Source: Octopus vulgaris
Lineage: Eukaryota
Length of the DNA: 64,000 nt
Direction of reading: 5' to 3'
Assembly: GCA_951406725.2 (NCBI GenBank)
Contig: OX597815.1
Coordinates: forward strand, 40,486,001-40,550,000
In this document: one piece after another, positions 11,086 through 24,175 of the stretch
How the letters are laid out: the number at the start of each line of letters is the position of its first letter
Numbering within the stretch: the stretch's first letter is position 1
The notes under the pieces: generated by a model
Told to the model about the DNA's origin: nothing
What the model saw: the letters and a program-made list of their open reading frames with translations, nothing else
Databases searched by the model: none
Translations under genes and position numbers: made by a program

Positions 11086-12334
11086 ATATTATAAATTATA
11101 ACTATAGTAATGTATTGATAGAGGATATTTTGAAAATATATATTGAAAAGAATTATTCTCCTATGACCAAGCACAACAGTGGTTAGCATATTCACATATA
11201 AATATGCTGGAACCTATTAAGAATATCATGATAGATATTATCTGTATATGTTATAGTAATGATGGTGTTAATAACAGGGAAGAACAAGGATCAATGGTTG
11301 TAAAACTACAATAGTATTAGAATATTGGACAATAATCTTAGTGTACTGTGTCTCTTAGCTAAGTCAACTGTCAATAGCAGAGTCTAATTCAATGGGGTAC
11401 CAACAGGTGATATCATTCACTACTATAAGTAGAACTGAGAATACCATTGGCTCAAAGTTTTGAATTCAGTTCCAACAAAAGAATAATTCTGAGGAAGATC
11501 CCCCTTAAAACCATGGAAATTAGAAGTAGGTACTGAAATTTCATCTGATTCAGTAAAGAATGAACTAGTAGCATATTATTGACAGTTCCCAAGCAAATTA
11601 AAAGGATACTGAATTGTTTCAGGGGCTGAATAATTTGTACATGTTTAGAAGAAAATAAATTCAGACTGTTTATGTAGCAAAAAAAAAAAAAACAAATCTA
11701 AGTAGTATATCCAATTTTTCTTTTATCCTATAAATTCATAGGTTCATTTCCTGGACCAGATAGCAATTACTTCACTTCACATTGCTCCAGTCAACTCAGC
11801 TTTAAACGAGTACCAACAGGATTTTGTTATGCTCCTCTCCCTCCAGCTGCCATATCCTGGATGTCCCACTGGAGGCAAGGACAGGAGGGCCAAGAGATTG
11901 TCTATGTCTGCTCACAACAAACATAGGCACCTAAAACAATTAGTGAAAGAATCACTAAGTCATACTTGTTCACAAGTGACTAGTAGCTGCTACTGGGAGG
12001 AAATTATATTCTATCATTGGTTTCATTAACTGAACTTAAAACCATGTTGGGACCAGGCTTCTAGGGTACAGTTAATTACATTGATCCAAGTACTTATTTT
12101 ATCAACCTTTGGAGGATGAAAGGCAAATGGTTAGGGTTCAAGGTTGGATTTGAAATCAGAATGTAAATATGTAGCTAAAGGTATTTTGTTCAGCATGCTA
12201 CTAAATATGCCATTCTTACATATAAATAACAGAAACAAAAATCCTCAAAATTTCTTCTTTTTTTTCCATAATCTAAAACAAAATTATCCTACTGAAGTTC
12301 CTAGACCTAGAATTGTTATCCACCATTTACTTTT

Positions 12335-13980
12335 TCAGATACAGCCAAGTGATGGACATGAGAACCAGATTGATTTTGTACTTATCAGAAAGCAAGACAG
12401 GCAGATATTTTTGAACACTGAATAGAGAAATGTATTCTTCAATAAACTTTGGTGATTAATGATGTGAATATAGAAGCAAATGAAAAGTTGGAGAGAGATG
12501 GTATGGGAATTAAATCATCTCACTGTCAGCTGAGACTTCCACACAATTGTTAAACCTATATTGATTGAGAATATGAAAGAGAACTACAGCATAAAGACAT
12601 CTTACTGTCACAAAGAACTGATTTTGAAGAGAACAGGGTATCAATCAACACAGAGGCCATGGAAGGAGTGAAAGAAAAAAGGTATCAAAATAGGTGGGTA
12701 GCAGGATATCAGGTGTATCTAATCAGAGTGGATCTAAGAGTAGGAAGTTTGCTAATGATGTGTTGTCAGAATGGAAGTATGAAGCATTTTGATGTCAAGT
12801 ACAGATGCCAGAAAAAAGAAGAGGTGGATGAAATTCAGAGAAGCATTAATAAAGTGTTTTTGTGAAGTGTTGTATGAAGCATGTGTAAAAAGTGATATAA
12901 AAATTCAATGTGGAAGATTTGTAGAAACTGGAGGGAAATGACACTGACCAATACTTTGTGAATAAAATTTGGCAGACAAAAACTGTGTGGAAGCTCATTG
13001 CCTCCTGTTTGTTACAGTTACCCAAGTCACAATAGGGAAATTTAAGACCAACTATCCATAAGGAATCCTTTAGGCTCATAGATTAGTCTTTGTAGGTGAG
13101 TCTGTTAAAAAGTTAAGGAAAAACTCCAAACATGAGAGCAAAGTCTAAAATTGAGAGACCTCAAAGTAAACCTTGCAAAGACAAAAGTTTTAATAAGGAG
13201 GAAAAAAAAGATTCTACTAAGTGACCACACTCAATATGCAGAAAATAGGTTGAAATTCTGATTGCATCAAATGCCAGAAATGGGTGTACAAGATGAGCAC
13301 CTATATCTGGCATTTGGATTACAGATAAGCTCACAAAGAGAGACTTTGTATACAACAAAAACATTCATGAAATACTTTTGAATGCACAGAAAACTCTCTA
13401 GAAAAAGCTGATAGCTTCTGTTACCTAGATGACCAAATTACCAGTGGAGTTGGTATTCCAAGTGCATCGTAGCCAGAGTAAGAACAATTTATCCCTGCTT
13501 GCAAATGAATTCTCTCTGTAAGTGAAGAGCAAATTGTATGATGCACATGTAAGAAATGTTATGCTCTTGATAGCCAAACAGGAGTACTGAATGAAGAGGG
13601 TGTGCAACGACTAGAAGGAAATGATATAAGTATGCATCTCTGTTTGTGTAATGTTTAATGTATGTGAACAATAAAGCACAACTGAACTGAGGGTAAAGCA
13701 GTATACAAGTTTTTTCTGTTGCCCACAATGTGCTAGAGAAAAAGACTGCATTGGTATGGACATTTGATACAAATGGTGAATGACAGTTGAATAAAACTAT
13801 TAAATTATCCAAGCGGAAGGCAACTGTAGAAGAGAAAGACATGGGAAAAAGTGAAGACTTATTTATTAAGAGACTGAACCTCCTAAAGGGAAAGACAAGG
13901 ACTCAGTAAGTGGTAAGACCCTGTGCTGGAGAAAACCAATCCAACCTATGCAAACTTTATCTAACAAACATCATCATCAT
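12335..13980 (+). mobile_element. Old, heavily degraded RTE-type LINE
   Basis: Scattered remnants: NQIDFVL (endonuclease end), LKVNLAKTK, DSFCYLDD, KLYDAHVRNVML; CATCATCAT-like end. Confidence 0.6.
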
Positions 13981-14758
13981 ATGCTTCGATTTATTTTTTA
14001 CTATAGTCTATAAGTGAAAAACTGATGTTCTTCAGACACCAAGTTACAGACATTATCCTACTGTCAGAAATGCAGTAAACCAGTGACTGGCTCATTGTAT
14101 TATTAATGTTATTATTCACAAGTTACAATATATAAGAAATAATCTAGCTAGTTATTAAAAGCATTACCTTTAATATGGATATATGGAGAAAAGTGATGTT
14201 GGCAAAGGAAACAGTGGAAAAGATTGAAATGGTGAGATCAAATATAAAGAGTGTGGAACTCAAAAAGAAATGTAAAAACCAAAATAAGTAGCAATATGTT
14301 GTGCAGCTGACCCAGCCAATCTAAACCAACATCAGTACTTTTACAACATACATTTTTTTCCCCAATCATTACAAACTAATTAGAATAAGAGAAATAAACA
14401 ATACTAATAAAAAGGTGAGAAAATATTTTAACAAGAATTTATTGCGCAGAAATAAAAATTTATTAACAACAGATATTCAGGAAGGTACTGCAAAAATCTT
14501 GTGGTCGGTTCAGGGATTTGGGGAACAAAGAGTTCAATTTTTTACTTTTCTTTAGTAATAACTAATATATTATTTTACAATTTTTAAATTAATTAACATT
14601 TTTTCTGCCTCCTTCTAGCATAACATTTTATTTGTTCCAAATTAAATTATCTTAGATTTTAAAATGGTCCAAAGAGTTAGGGAATTTTTCAATTTTATTA
14701 GTTTTTTCTTTTTTTTCTGAACTACACAAACATATCAGCAACAATAAATAGAATTTTT

Positions 14759-15900
14759 TTATCCCAAAGTGGACTGTTCCACAATATCAGTGGATGGTGG
14801 TGACGGGACACTGTTAACTGGAGATGAGTGTTTTGTGACATCACTAGGTGCTGCTGATGGGACACCATTAACCGGAGAGTCCAAAACATCATCTGCTTCA
14901 ACTGGCTGACCAATTTCAGCAGGTGGTTCTGCTGGAGAAAACACCAGCTGTGCATGTTCGTTGTTGTTATCAGCATACTTATAGTGCTGTTGTACTATCT
15001 GAGCTAAACGGGTGAGCTGTACCGAAGGAGAGCTAACTCCTCGCATTGGCACAATAATTGGGCTACGTATAGCTTCTTCACTATTGTCTTCATCTGATGC
15101 AGATGTTGAAGAGGCGCTGGCAGCACCATTAAAGCTGTTTGCTTTCACTTTCACTATATGTGTCTCCATTGGAGGTAGCAGGGTTGGACTCCCCGGATCA
15201 GTTTTTTCTCCATCTACTAAAAGAGACAATGTTGGAGCCTCTGCAGGTCGTAGAGTTTTGGGGGATTGTAACAGTTTAGCCAGATCTTTCAAGGAGGTTT
15301 TAGTAGATTCTGGACTATTGTCTGATGAAGACTGTGAGCCACTTTGAGAGCAGGAACCAGGTGTGATTGTTGAATGGCTGTCACTATTTCTGTCATGTTT
15401 ACTTTTGTCTGATGACACTGACCGAACACGACTGCTACGACGGTCTGGAGAGTAGGATGCAGGACTAGAACCACTTCGTATTCTACGAGGGCTGTGTGAG
15501 TGACTCCTACTGTGTTCTGACCGATGACTACCCCCAAATGAAAATGACCGCCGCTCGCCTTCAGATTTACTTTTTCGGCCTTTACGAGATAAGTCCTCCA
15601 ATGGAATCTCTTGTATGTTCATGGGATTAGTGCTTTGCCCTACATGATGTGTTTTTTTACTGTCACATGGTTGATTCAAACTCTGGAATGCTACAGCATC
15701 AATCCCTTCCTCGACATCATTAGATGCAATTTTATTAACTTCCAAGGTATTGGGTTGTTTTCCTTGACTGCTTGCTTTATTTGACATATGTGCATACAAT
15801 GGGCTTGTTTTGCTTGGAGATAACCCTTTCCGTGGAATAGGGGACACTGGTACTTGATTTTGTCCAATGGCCGTAGATGTGCGCACAGGATGACTTCGCC
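14759..15900 (-). CDS. CLEC16A: CLEC16A last coding exon: ~380-aa Ser/Arg/Pro-rich, probably disordered tail; stop at 14759-14761
   Basis: Long polypyrimidine tract plus ttag| acceptor at 15901-15902. The phase-1 join (GRSHPVRTS...) is in frame with the 375-aa ORF 14759..15886. Confidence 0.88.
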
Positions 15901-16397
15901 CTAAATTAGAAAAAGAAAAAAAAAAATTTTAGTATGGAATCATTTTCTAGTTAATATATCAATTTATCAAATACATGGCAAAAAACTAAAAATAAAGGAT
16001 TGCAAATTAACTCAACACTAAATTGGAAAACATAATCAAAACTACAATAATAAATAGAAGAAAAATTAGCTTTAGCTCAAAATTTAAATAAATTTGCTAT
16101 AACACTCAGATCTGGTCAAGCAGATATGATTAAACACATATCTTGGATTATATTATCAAATGTGCTCTTCTTTTTTAAGGATAATGAGATGTGACATGAG
16201 GATGATTTGGCTGCTATGTCTAGCAAGTCAAGTAACCACATACAGATGGTGAATAGTAGCAATGGCACAAGTGAAAAAATAGGTAAAAATAGCACAATAA
16301 GCTTACTAAAATATACACTATTGACAAAAGTAATAGAATAAAGTTTTTACACATGTATGTATATGTTTATATGACACTATGTATACAGTCACCATCT

Positions 16398-16525
16398 ATC
16401 ATCATCATCATCATCGTTTAGCGTCCGCTTTCCATGCTAGCATGGGTTCGACGGTTCAACTGGGGTCTGGGAAGCCAGAAGGCTGCGCCAGGCCCAGTCT
16501 GATCTGGCAATGTTTCTATGGCTGG
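16398..16525 (-). mobile_element. RTE 3'-end fragment
   Basis: (CAT)n-CGTTTAGCGTCCGCTTTCCATGCTAGCATGGG... Confidence 0.75.
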
Positions 16526-16544
16526 AAACATTGCCAGATCAGAC

Positions 16545-16576
<32 letters not shown>

Positions 16577-16742
16577 CACATTGGCTTATACAAACTTATA
16601 GTCATTACTTGTACACACTCCCAAACATGTATGTATATATAGTGTTATGTTATATCATATATATATATATATATACATGTATATACATATATGATGATGA
16701 TGATATATACATACACACACACACACACACTCTCACTCCATG

Positions 16743-16806
<64 letters not shown>

Positions 16807-16995
16807 TTCTCTCTCTCTTGTTCAGTGTGAATATATGTATATATATATGTACAAGCATATATATATGTACAAGCATATATAAGTGTATATAGAATTACAT
16901 TCACCAAATGTACACACACCTAAACATGTGTGTACATTTATATGACACTATGTATCTACATGTTTAATATATATATTTGTATGTATGTATGTATA
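16545..16995. repeat. Compound (TA)n/(CA)n microsatellite block
   Basis: Direct reading. Confidence 0.9.
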
Positions 16996-17249
16996 AAGTA
17001 AAGAATAGAACTGGTAAAATATGAACTACAAGCCATTAGTGCATATTTCAGTAAGCTTATTGAGCCATTTTTCCCTAAATTCCATATAGACATTCTCATT
17101 GATTCATTTAACAATTTGTGATGGTTCTAATTAGAACTTTCATGTAGTTATCAAATGATGAAAAATAAATTCATTATCTTCTCTGTACTGAGAAGACAGC
17201 ACTGAGGAAAATATTAGGTTTATAAACCTTAAAATTCACTCCATAATTG

Positions 17250-17490
17250 CCCACAGGTACATGGCATAGGGTTTAAGAGCGTGAGCTACTAACCCCAAGA
17301 TTCCAAGTTCGATTCCAGGCAGTGACCTGAATAATAATAGCATCAAAAAATACCTTAGGAATGAGAACCCAGATTCTGAAGAATGCTGGAGAGTATATCA
17401 GCCGAAATGTTAACAACAAACAAGATGAGGACAAATATCTGTCAAATGTAAATAATGTACATAATTCCTCAGCTCTCAAATATAGAACTG
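17250..17490 (+). mobile_element. Single arm of the tRNA-head/hammerhead element, with internal deletion
   Basis: tRNA-like head, degenerate CTGAAGA...CCGAAA core, same tail ending TATAGAACTG. Confidence 0.8.
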
Positions 17491-17892
17491 TAATACCACT
17501 CATACCTGTAGAGTGCAAATGTAAACAAACACAAACATGCACACATACATATAGTTATTGATGTGCAGAATGCATGACAAATTACCAAGATGTTAGGCTT
17601 TGATGTTTGGCTATGTTAAATTCCCACTCCCATATAATGCAATCTGAAGCATTAATATGGAATCATGCTATAACATAGTAACAAGCAACAAAGTTGAAAT
17701 GGACAAAAATTATAAAACACTAATACTTCAACTATTTTAGTATGTAGGCTTCAGTAACCAAATTGATTACAGATCATTTCATCAGACAACAATATTGAAA
17801 TCATCATCATCATTTAACTTCCGTTTTCCATGCTATCATGGGTTGGACAAGAATATAAAAGTCATTGTAGTATTCTCTTCACACACACACAT

Positions 17893-18030
17893 ATGAGGTG
17901 GTGTTGAAAAGTTCCTTGCGTTGAATAACAGGAAATACAGGAGAATCAGTTAGTTATGATTTTATTTAACATATCCCCCTCTCAGATTTACACAATTATT
18001 GCAGCGGTCCTTCAGTTTCTGTAAACACTA
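17893..18030 (+). mobile_element. Mariner terminal fragment
   Basis: TATGAGGTGGTGTTGAAAAGTTCC, similar to the terminus at 5254. Confidence 0.5.
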
Positions 18031-18099
18031 TAAACACTTTTGCAATACCCATAAAGCTATATATAGCAACCCTCCTATATATATATATATATATATATA

Positions 18100-18279
18100 C
18101 TGGTGGCACGTAAAAAGCACCCACTACACTCATGTAGTGGTTGGCGTTAGGAAGGGCATCTAGCTGTAGAAACACTGCCAGATCAGACTGGAGCCTGGTG
18201 CAACCTCCTGGCTTCCCAGACCCCAGTTGAACCATCCAACCCATGCTAGCAAGGAAAAGACGTTAAACGATGATGATGA

Positions 18280-18282
<3 letters not shown>
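18100..18282 (+). mobile_element. RTE 3'-end fragment
   Basis: Same sequence as 9465-9645, with (TGA)n tail. Confidence 0.8.
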
Positions 18283-18327
<45 letters not shown>

Positions 18328-18766
18328 AGCAAATAAAGAAGAAAACAAAACAACATAATAGATAACAGATCAAAGCAATTATAAAGAAATTTAGGATAAG
18401 CAATGCTGAGTCAAAACAATACATAAGAACAAATATAAAAATAGACATTATCTCTTTAATTCTTTGTGGTGTATTTTTATGTTATTTGTTCTTAAGTGTT
18501 ATGTTTCCTTTTGCACTACTTATCCCAAACTTTATCATAATTGCTTTGATCTTTTCTAGCTTATGTTATTCCTTTTACTCTTCTTGGTTGACACATGATT
18601 CATTTGGTATATATATATATAATGAGACATCTAGAATGGGTTTCCTACTTCAGTATTGTCATTTGTTGAAATAATTTGTAATCAATCTGATTGATTTCTG
18701 ATTACTGAAATATACATAATGAAATATCTGAAATATCAATAATTTGTTTTCTGTTTTTGTTCATTT

Positions 18767-18802
<36 letters not shown>

Positions 18803-18894
18803 CAGCCCTCTGGTTTGTTGGATTCTGTTGATCTATCCAACCCATATAAGCATGGATGATGGACATTAGCTGATGATAATATAAATATATATGA

Positions 18895-19028
18895 TAGGCT
18901 CCTTTCCGCCTACCAAGTTCACTCACAAGACTTTGGTTAGCTCAGTGCTATAGTAAAAGACTCTTGCTCAAGGTACCATGCAGTGGGACTAAACTTGAAA
19001 TCATGTGATTGGGAAGCAAATTTTTTAA
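18895..19028 (-). mobile_element. SINE family A 5' fragment
   Basis: Similarity to 9950-10100. Confidence 0.65.
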
Positions 19029-20061
19029 CTACATAGCCATATCTGTGCATATGTGTATGTGCATTCATGTGTATGAAATGGGAGATCAAAAATCAAAAAG
19101 ATATTTACAGCTAAATCCAATTACAAACATCTAGCCAATAACACAGGGATCATAAATTACTTCAAAATTTCGTTAATTATGTGTACAGGAAACTCTATTT
19201 TCAGATCTGTAGCTTAAACATAAGTGTTTATTATATTATCAACCAATATATATATATATATATGATGACTTGATTATCAGTGAGTAAATGAAATGGAAAG
19301 AATGTAGAGCAGATCATTTTGTTTGGTGTGTAGAGAAAACACTAACAAGAAACTCTAGAGAGTTGTTTAAGAAGAAAGGCTTCTATGTGCAGATATTGAA
19401 GAGGTGAAACCCATTGGTAAGAAGTGCATATGATGTTTTAGTGAAGTTTGGTTGATATCTGTGATTTATTGTAGATATAACAGGAAGGAGAGTAATCAAC
19501 AAGATGATGATTCATTTGTGATTAAATTACTTATGATTAATAAAGAGAAGCTTTTCTGGTAAATTAGGTATCATTTTATATGATGCAATGGGGAATGTTG
19601 GTGATTTTGTATAAAGTTAGCAATTATTCATAACTGGACAGGTTTTTCGTTTTTCCTTTTCTTTTTTACTCCTAATTAAAGTGAGGAAAACAGTTTATTT
19701 GATAACATCTGCAATACAGAAGCTTTAAGCTATTTAGGAAAGATCTATGGAAAATTTATTTCCTCAACTTGTAGAATTTATCAACTAAAATGTACTACAA
19801 GTCTAACCTCACCTTTAAATGAATGAAAATTACAAATAATAACTAAATAGAGCACTAACCAGTTATCTTATTAAAAGAAATGTACAGAAAATGACTGTAA
19901 TTAGAAACAGTCAGTTCGTTGAAATTTTTTTTATTACAAGAAAATTTGTGTATGACTTTTTATATTATTTTATTTATTTGGCAGAATGCTACAATACAGA
20001 ATGTTGTAATTGTAAAATTTAGAGAAGGTGTTAAAATACTTATTCTTTGAAATGAAAAATT

Positions 20062-20140
20062 TCTTTAGCAAAACAATTATCTATAGCAATCTTTAGCAAA
20101 ACAATTATCTATAGCAATCTTTAGCAAAACAATTATCTAT
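20062..20140. repeat. 28-bp tandem repeat, ~2.8 perfect copies (TCTTTAGCAAAACAATTATCTATAGCAA)
   Basis: Direct reading. Confidence 0.9.
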
Positions 20141-21509
20141 TGGCCATGTTTGCAACAATTAGCATATCTTATCATATTAAAAATAATTAACTTGGGTCAA
20201 ATCTAATTACTGAGTGCTAGTAAGTAAGGTACATAACTTTGCTTGCTTCAAGCTTGACTAATGACACCCAATTACAAATGCAATTTCTCCAAATTATATT
20301 TAGTCATGCAACCACAGTAAAAGAGAGAGGTAAAACAAATGCATAATAAAATCAGCTCTAGGCCCCAATTCCATTTTTTTACACCAACTGAATGACCCTT
20401 GATTGACCATAATTATAATTGAAATAACATGTGTTCTTTAAATTTACCTTTAAAAAATTGAAATAAGTAATTAATAAAAATCAAAAGAATTATTTCTCAT
20501 CACTTTGGAGCTTGTTTTATTTTTACTTACTGTTCCTTAATGACTAATCAAGAAATCTTCAACCACTACTTCTCCATGCTAACATAAATTGTATGAGGAT
20601 TATGCAACACATTTTCCATACTTTTATCCCCAAGGTTGAATATTCTGAGGTCTCATAGAAATTTTCATTTAAAATGTTTTCTTGTTGTTTTGTTACTGTC
20701 TATTATCCTCTACTTCAAAAACACCCATATCAGCTTCAAATATCCTTATATTTCTTGTATTTTTTCAACACATTAAGCAAATCAAATTATACAAAATTAA
20801 TGTAGATTTTTGGTTTTCATTTACTTTGCAAATGAATAATATATAAATTTAATAAATACCCATCACCACAAAGTATATGTTACTGATTAATTTAGAATGA
20901 AATACTTAAATTTTTGACATCATTCGGAATTGAAAAAAATGAAAAAACTGTTTCAATAAATAAGAAATAAATGTTAAACTGATAAATATCAAGAAACCTT
21001 TACCCACAATTAATACCAGTTAAATACTGTATCAGAGCAAAGTGCAAAAATAAAATAAACTTGAAAACTAACAAAATAGATGCCACATATTTAGACAACT
21101 ATACACTAGACTTAATACAAGAGAATATAAAAAAGACAATGTTTTAGTGGCACATCGTAAATATACGATATAGTTTTAACAGAGATTGTTATGCTAAACT
21201 ATATTAATTTCATCACCTGGTAGTTGCTAAATTAACCGCTGTATTAGTATCAAGTAACATAATGCTTCTTATAAATAAATAACTAATAAAATTCATGCTG
21301 CTAAATAGACAGCCATTGAAAATAAAATCTGAAGACAAACACAAAGACAACTAACATGGTGTTACAAAAATTAAAAAAATACAACCTTGCATAACAACTC
21401 AATATCTATGTACTGTGGTTCTATGTAAAACTTCTAAAACAAGATGTTAACAAGCATGAAGAAAGAAAAGAAAATTAATATATATAATATTTGAATTGAA
21501 ACAACTCAC

Positions 21510-21518
21510 TTGTTCTCC
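21510..21518 (-). CDS. CLEC16A: Candidate 9-nt microexon of CLEC16A (GGAGAACAA)
   Basis: cattcag|GGAGAACAA|gtgagt with about 60 nt free of AG upstream; frame-preserving in the phase-1 last intron. Confidence 0.5.
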
Positions 21519-22036
21519 CTGAATGTTATTTGGGATAATCGAGAATGAAAAATAACATGAAATAATTGATAGATATAGCAATGTCTTACAAACATCAGAA
21601 TAATGTAATTCTTAATAACAAACTTTCATCAAATATCTTTGACATAAGTTCTTTTATAAAGAGTTTTTCTATCATGGAAATAACTTTTATCAAGTGCAAT
21701 TTCATTTATAATAAACTGTCACTAAGTCATTGATACACCACTAAACACTGGTTTTCATCTAACAATTCAATAAAAAATATACCCCAGATTTCTTCAAGCT
21801 GTTTGAGGTACTTAACCTCAGAAGTGCAAGCTAATAAAGCCTTCACAAACTATAGAGGAACTTCATTGCCTGAAGTGCTGAGCATTACTTCAGCTGATAA
21901 CTTAAGTAGGTGAGACATTGATTTGTGTGTGAATCTTTACTAGAGACACAACAGTAGATACAGTCTCTGCCAGTTTTAACTCACTAAAGGTTGGGACACT
22001 ACATTTAAAAACTCTTTTGTACAGATAGCTGAATTA

Positions 22037-22335
22037 CATCATCATCATCGTTTAACGTCCGCTTCCCATGCTAGCATGGGTTGGACGGTTCGACTGGGGT
22101 CTGAGAAGCCAGGGGGCTGCACCAGGCCCAGTCTGATCTGGCAGTGTTTCTACAGTTGGATGCCCTTCCTAACGCCAACCACTCCGTGAGTGTAGTGGGT
22201 GCTTTTTACGTGCCACCGGCACAGGTGTCAGGCGAAGATGGCAGCGGCCATGATCGGTTGGTGCTTTTTACGTGCCACCGGCACGGAGGCCAGCCAGGGC
22301 GGCACTGGCAACGGCCACGTTCGGATGGTTCTTTT
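22037..22335 (-). mobile_element. RTE 3'-end fragment
   Basis: Reverse complement of 39780-40075. Confidence 0.85.
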
Positions 22336-23889
22336 ACATACAATTAGCATGTTTTAAAGCATTAAAATTGAAAATATATCTAATTAAAAAAATTGTCTAA
22401 AATTCATTGATATATCTTTTTAAAATTCAAACTGCCATCACATAAAATGAGAATCCAATACATTTTAAAAGACACATTTAATATATTCCTCTAATATAGA
22501 CAGGTTTAATAAAGTATTAAAGATGAAAATTAATACAGTATTTAGCATTCTAATATTTGAATGTAAGCTTGCACAAGACACCTTGTTAAAGTAATCATTA
22601 AAAAGGCTATACAGAAATTAAGTGTAACAAACCTATTGAAAATAATTGCATAGTCTAATCTTCATGTTTGTTTAGAGAATGTTTATTCTTTTAATGAAGA
22701 CTTTAATTAATACCAACAAATGCAGGAAGTATTGTAACTATACTTGAATAAACTTTGTATAATTAGATATGGATGTGTATGTGTTTTCAGAAACTGAGAA
22801 AAATTATGAGAAAGAGTGTGTAATGAGGAGCCAGAAGGAAAAAGTGAAATATGTGTCTAATGAAAGAGAGGGCGACAGTGAAACATATCTTGCTTAAAAC
22901 ATACAATAAATGGCAAAAAGAAGTTGATAGGGTTGCCAACAGATAGAAAAAGTGGTAGATGCTATTTCTGAGATATATATATATATAAAGAGCAGCTAAC
23001 ATATGTGATCGCCAGCTGACATTTTGATTATGTGGGATTTTGTTATATGTAAAGCATAAATCAGTACATAGGTATTAACTCTATACAGAGATAATCAATG
23101 CAAAGGGATATAGGTTATGTTAGCAGTGGTTATGAGCTGTGATATAACTGTGATATAACATTAAAAAAAAAAATGAGATGAGGTAAGCTAAGGGAGTTAA
23201 ACCTTACAAAATGATTAAAGGATGAACTATAGCTAAAATTTATTCTATAATTTGTTCAAAACATGCTAAAATGAAATAAAGTGATGATATCAACAAACGA
23301 TGAACAACTGTTTAAAAGATTTTCAATTCAAGATTTATTGCAAGAAATTTGTCAGTTTTGATTAAAGGTGATTTATAATTGATAATTTTATTATCAATTT
23401 ACTGACTACTAGTAAGTGTTGAGTTTGGGATGGACTGATATCAAGGTGTCAAAGCAAGGGGAGATTAAAATGTTTGCAACAAACATAAAAGGGTTTTTTT
23501 TTTAAGTTATGGATTTGATTAGATAAATAAACGATAGCAAATATACCATATAAATTTCCTTTAACTTCAAACAAAAACACAAAAACTTATACATACACAC
23601 ATATATAAAAAATATATATATACATACACACACACATATACATGCACGTGTGTTATACAAATTAATAGATGAAACCAATTTGCTTGCTTTAAAATAACAT
23701 TTGTAAATACTGTTAGTTTTATATGAAATACTTCATATTTATTAAAAAATCAACACAAAAGAAAAATATATTAAATGTTTTGGCACTGGATCAAAGTATT
23801 ATTGATTATTATTAATAAGGTTTAGTCTTTAAAAAATTTAAGCTTTAACAAGCGAATAATAGACATATGAGAAAAGCTTTGTGATGTAC

Positions 23890-24175
23890 CTGGGATAGCT
23901 CCAGTACGTGTGCCACTGGCATTTGGATAAATGGTACCAGAATTACTTTGTGTCCGGATATCTAAAAGTCGTTCAATTTTCTGCATTTTTTGTTGTCGAG
24001 CTTTTATTCTTCCTTTACTAAGACGTTGTTTTGCTGCCATACAACGAATATGGTCATCAAAGATAAAACGTGCTGATAGAAGAGGAACAGGCCTTGAATG
24101 TGCTGACAATGACTGTTTATGCACGGTGATATGTAGAGAACGGCTGTCGTCTTTGTCACCTGAGACTTCGACATC
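23890..24175 (-). CDS. CLEC16A: CLEC16A exon (DVEVSGDKDDSRSLHITVHK...DDHIRCMAAKQRLSKGR...GAIP)
   Basis: attgcag| acceptor; CAG|gtacat donor inferred from phase match with the last exon; 286 nt, phase 0-1. Confidence 0.92.

Noticed and set aside
20062-20140. 28-bp repeats as a possible CRISPR-like array
   Set aside because: Head-to-tail with no spacers, in eukaryotic DNA; a simple minisatellite.
23822-23889. Read-through of the 24175 exon to a stop at 23822
   Set aside because: Ordinary run-on of the ORF into the intron; the donor at 23889 matches the phase of the downstream exons.
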